Source: Syntrophales bacterium (GTDB lineage Bacteria; Desulfobacterota; Syntrophia; Syntrophales; UBA2185). From it: 64,000 nucleotides of DNA. Position numbers and translations under genes: made by a program. The notes under the pieces were generated by a model. It had not been told where the DNA came from. It saw only the letters and a list, made by a program, of their open reading frames with translations, and searched no databases. Below are positions 62,984 to 64,000 of this stretch, one piece after another. The stretch covers positions 753 to 64,752 of the forward strand of contig JBEKOL010000016.1 of the NCBI GenBank assembly GCA_049521775.1, read 5' to 3'. Each line of letters begins with the position of its first letter. Positions within the stretch are counted from its first letter, which is position 1.

Positions 62984-63650
62984 TATTCCTGTGATTCATG
63001 ACGTTTCTTTCCGCGTTGAGAAAAGTGAAATAGTGTCTCTCATCGGAGGCAACGGAAACGGGAAATCGACCATATTGAAGGGTCTCAGCGGCATCATGCA
63101 CCCTTCAGCGGGGAAGATCGTCTTCAATGGGCAGGACATCACCATGGCTGAGGCGCACAGGGTCGTGGCTATGGGTATGTCCCACGTGCCGGAAGGCAGG
63201 CGGCTTTTTCCCAGTCTTAGTGTGTATAAGAATCTGATGCTGGGCGCCTATCTCACGGATGACAAAAGAATAATTGAAGATCGGCTGGAATACGTCTACA
63301 GCATCTTCCCGATGCTGAAGGACAGGAGTCAGCAGAAGGCAAGTACCCTCTCCGGCGGCGAGCAGCAGATGGTGGCCATCGGTCGCGGCATGATGAGTAA
63401 GCCCAAGCTCCTGATGCTTGATGAACCGTCCTGGGGCATTGCACCGAAGCTTGTCGAAAAGATTTTCGAGGTGATTCAGGAAATCCGGAAGGATGGTGTG
63501 ACCATTCTCCTTGTCGAGCAGGACGTCCAAGAAGCCCTTGATATCTCAGATCGAGCCTATGTAATCCAGACGGGCAGAGTTGCCCTTGAGGGAACAGGCA
63601 AAGAACTTCTATCATCAGAACTCATACAAAAGTCCTTCCTCGGCCTGTAA
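62946..63650 (+). CDS. livF: ABC transporter ATP-binding protein (LivF type)
   Basis: MLNVEKIKLGYNN..., Walker A GGNGNGKST, the signature LSGGEQQ and Walker B LMLDEPS are present. The ATG at 62946 overlaps the livG end by 38 nt. Confidence 0.88.
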   Translation: MLNVEKIKLGYNNIPVIHDVSFRVEKSEIVSLIGGNGNGKSTILKGLSGIMHPSAGKIVFNGQDITMAEAHRVVAMGMSHVPEGRRLFPSLSVYKNLMLGAYLTDDKRIIEDRLEYVYSIFPMLKDRSQQKASTLSGGEQQMVAIGRGMMSKPKLLMLDEPSWGIAPKLVEKIFEVIQEIRKDGVTILLVEQDVQEALDISDRAYVIQTGRVALEGTGKELLSSELIQKSFLGL

Positions 63651-63747
63651 ACCGGAGAAGGGGATCGAAACGACAAAGAGGGAATGCAGGAAATGGAGTA
63701 TACTGATTAAGGTCTTTAACTGTTTTCCCCAGCGCGTTCCTGACTCT

Positions 63748-64000
63748 CTATGACAGTTCGGCAGTCCTCGCCGGCATTTGAATAAAACCCTTACAGCCCC
63801 TCGCAATGATCCCGGACGCCTCACCGTTCAGGCTGTACACGCTCGCGAGGATCACCTTGATCTCTGGGTTAATATCTTTAAGGCGGTCGAAAGTCTCTCC
63901 TCCACCCATCTCAGGCATGATCATGTCTGAGATCACCAGATTGATTTTGCTTTTATTCCTCTCATAGACCTCCAGAACCTCCCGGCCGCTCACGGCAGTG
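63748..64000 (-). CDS. Response-regulator receiver domain, C-terminal part (5' end outside the window)
   Basis: The sequence reads ...GREVLEVYERNKSKINLVISDMIMPEMGGGETFDRLKDINPEIKVILASVY...GFIQMP. The frame is open to the window edge. Confidence 0.7.
   Translation of the reverse strand, partial: TAVSGREVLEVYERNKSKINLVISDMIMPEMGGGETFDRLKDINPEIKVILASVYSLNGEASGIIARGCKGFIQMPARTAELS

Overview
Gene-dense chromosomal segment of about 50% GC with roughly 60 protein genes on both strands. I recognised no rRNA, tRNA, CRISPR array, transposase or integrase. The gene content suggests a strictly anaerobic Desulfobacterota/deltaproteobacterial-type, syntroph-like organism; this is inference only.

Content from left to right:
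- Partial SAM methyltransferase, an alpha/beta hydrolase, and an autoregulated lexA.
- GT-A type glycosyltransferase.
- Fur/PerR-family regulator-rubrerythrin operon.
- Tungsten-type aldehyde:ferredoxin oxidoreductase (AOR) with an unknown 212-aa protein, a MoaD/ThiS-type GG carrier and a ThiF/MoeB-type E1.
- NCS2 permease, polysaccharide deacetylase and two small Cys-rich proteins.
- M29 aminopeptidase, a membrane-fused spermidine-synthase-like protein, a UPF0182 membrane protein and a lipoprotein.
- pgpA-cinA-thpR-recA-recX-alaS gene string.
- LexA-box-controlled Y-family polymerase and an HD hydrolase.
- MarR, acyl-CoA dehydrogenase, MoxR ATPase, VWA protein and a small Cys protein.
- Orphan DUF47 gene, a lipoprotein and a DUF3108 protein.
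- DedA-rhodanese fusion, a secreted pentapeptide-repeat protein and an AhpD/CMD-like protein.
- PAS-LuxR regulator with ptb-ptb-buk, convergent with an acyl-CoA ligase, a two-subunit 2-hydroxyacyl-CoA dehydratase and its activase.
- Two small membrane proteins.
- Heme-c (CxxCH) hybrid histidine kinase, an aldo/keto reductase, a GNAT-HDAC fusion and an S1-domain protein.
- pxpABC followed by a Liv-type ABC transporter.
- Partial receiver domain at the right edge.

Most notable observations:
1. The DedA-rhodanese gene has an in-frame TGA exactly at the rhodanese catalytic-Cys position. The rest of the domain continues in frame and a SECIS-like hairpin follows, so it is a candidate selenoprotein.
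2. One polypeptide fuses an acetyltransferase to an apparently intact zinc deacetylase.
3. lexA and the Y-family polymerase share an identical promoter architecture, TTGACA-N-TAGAAC-N4-GTTCTA. lexA looks leaderless, and the recA gene string has no such box.
4. A consensus promoter of the PerR-rubrerythrin operon is covered by two Fur-family 7-1-7 boxes.
5. An acyl-CoA dehydrogenase is translationally coupled to a MoxR/VWA chaperone pair.

All functional calls come from motif recognition by eye; no searches were run.
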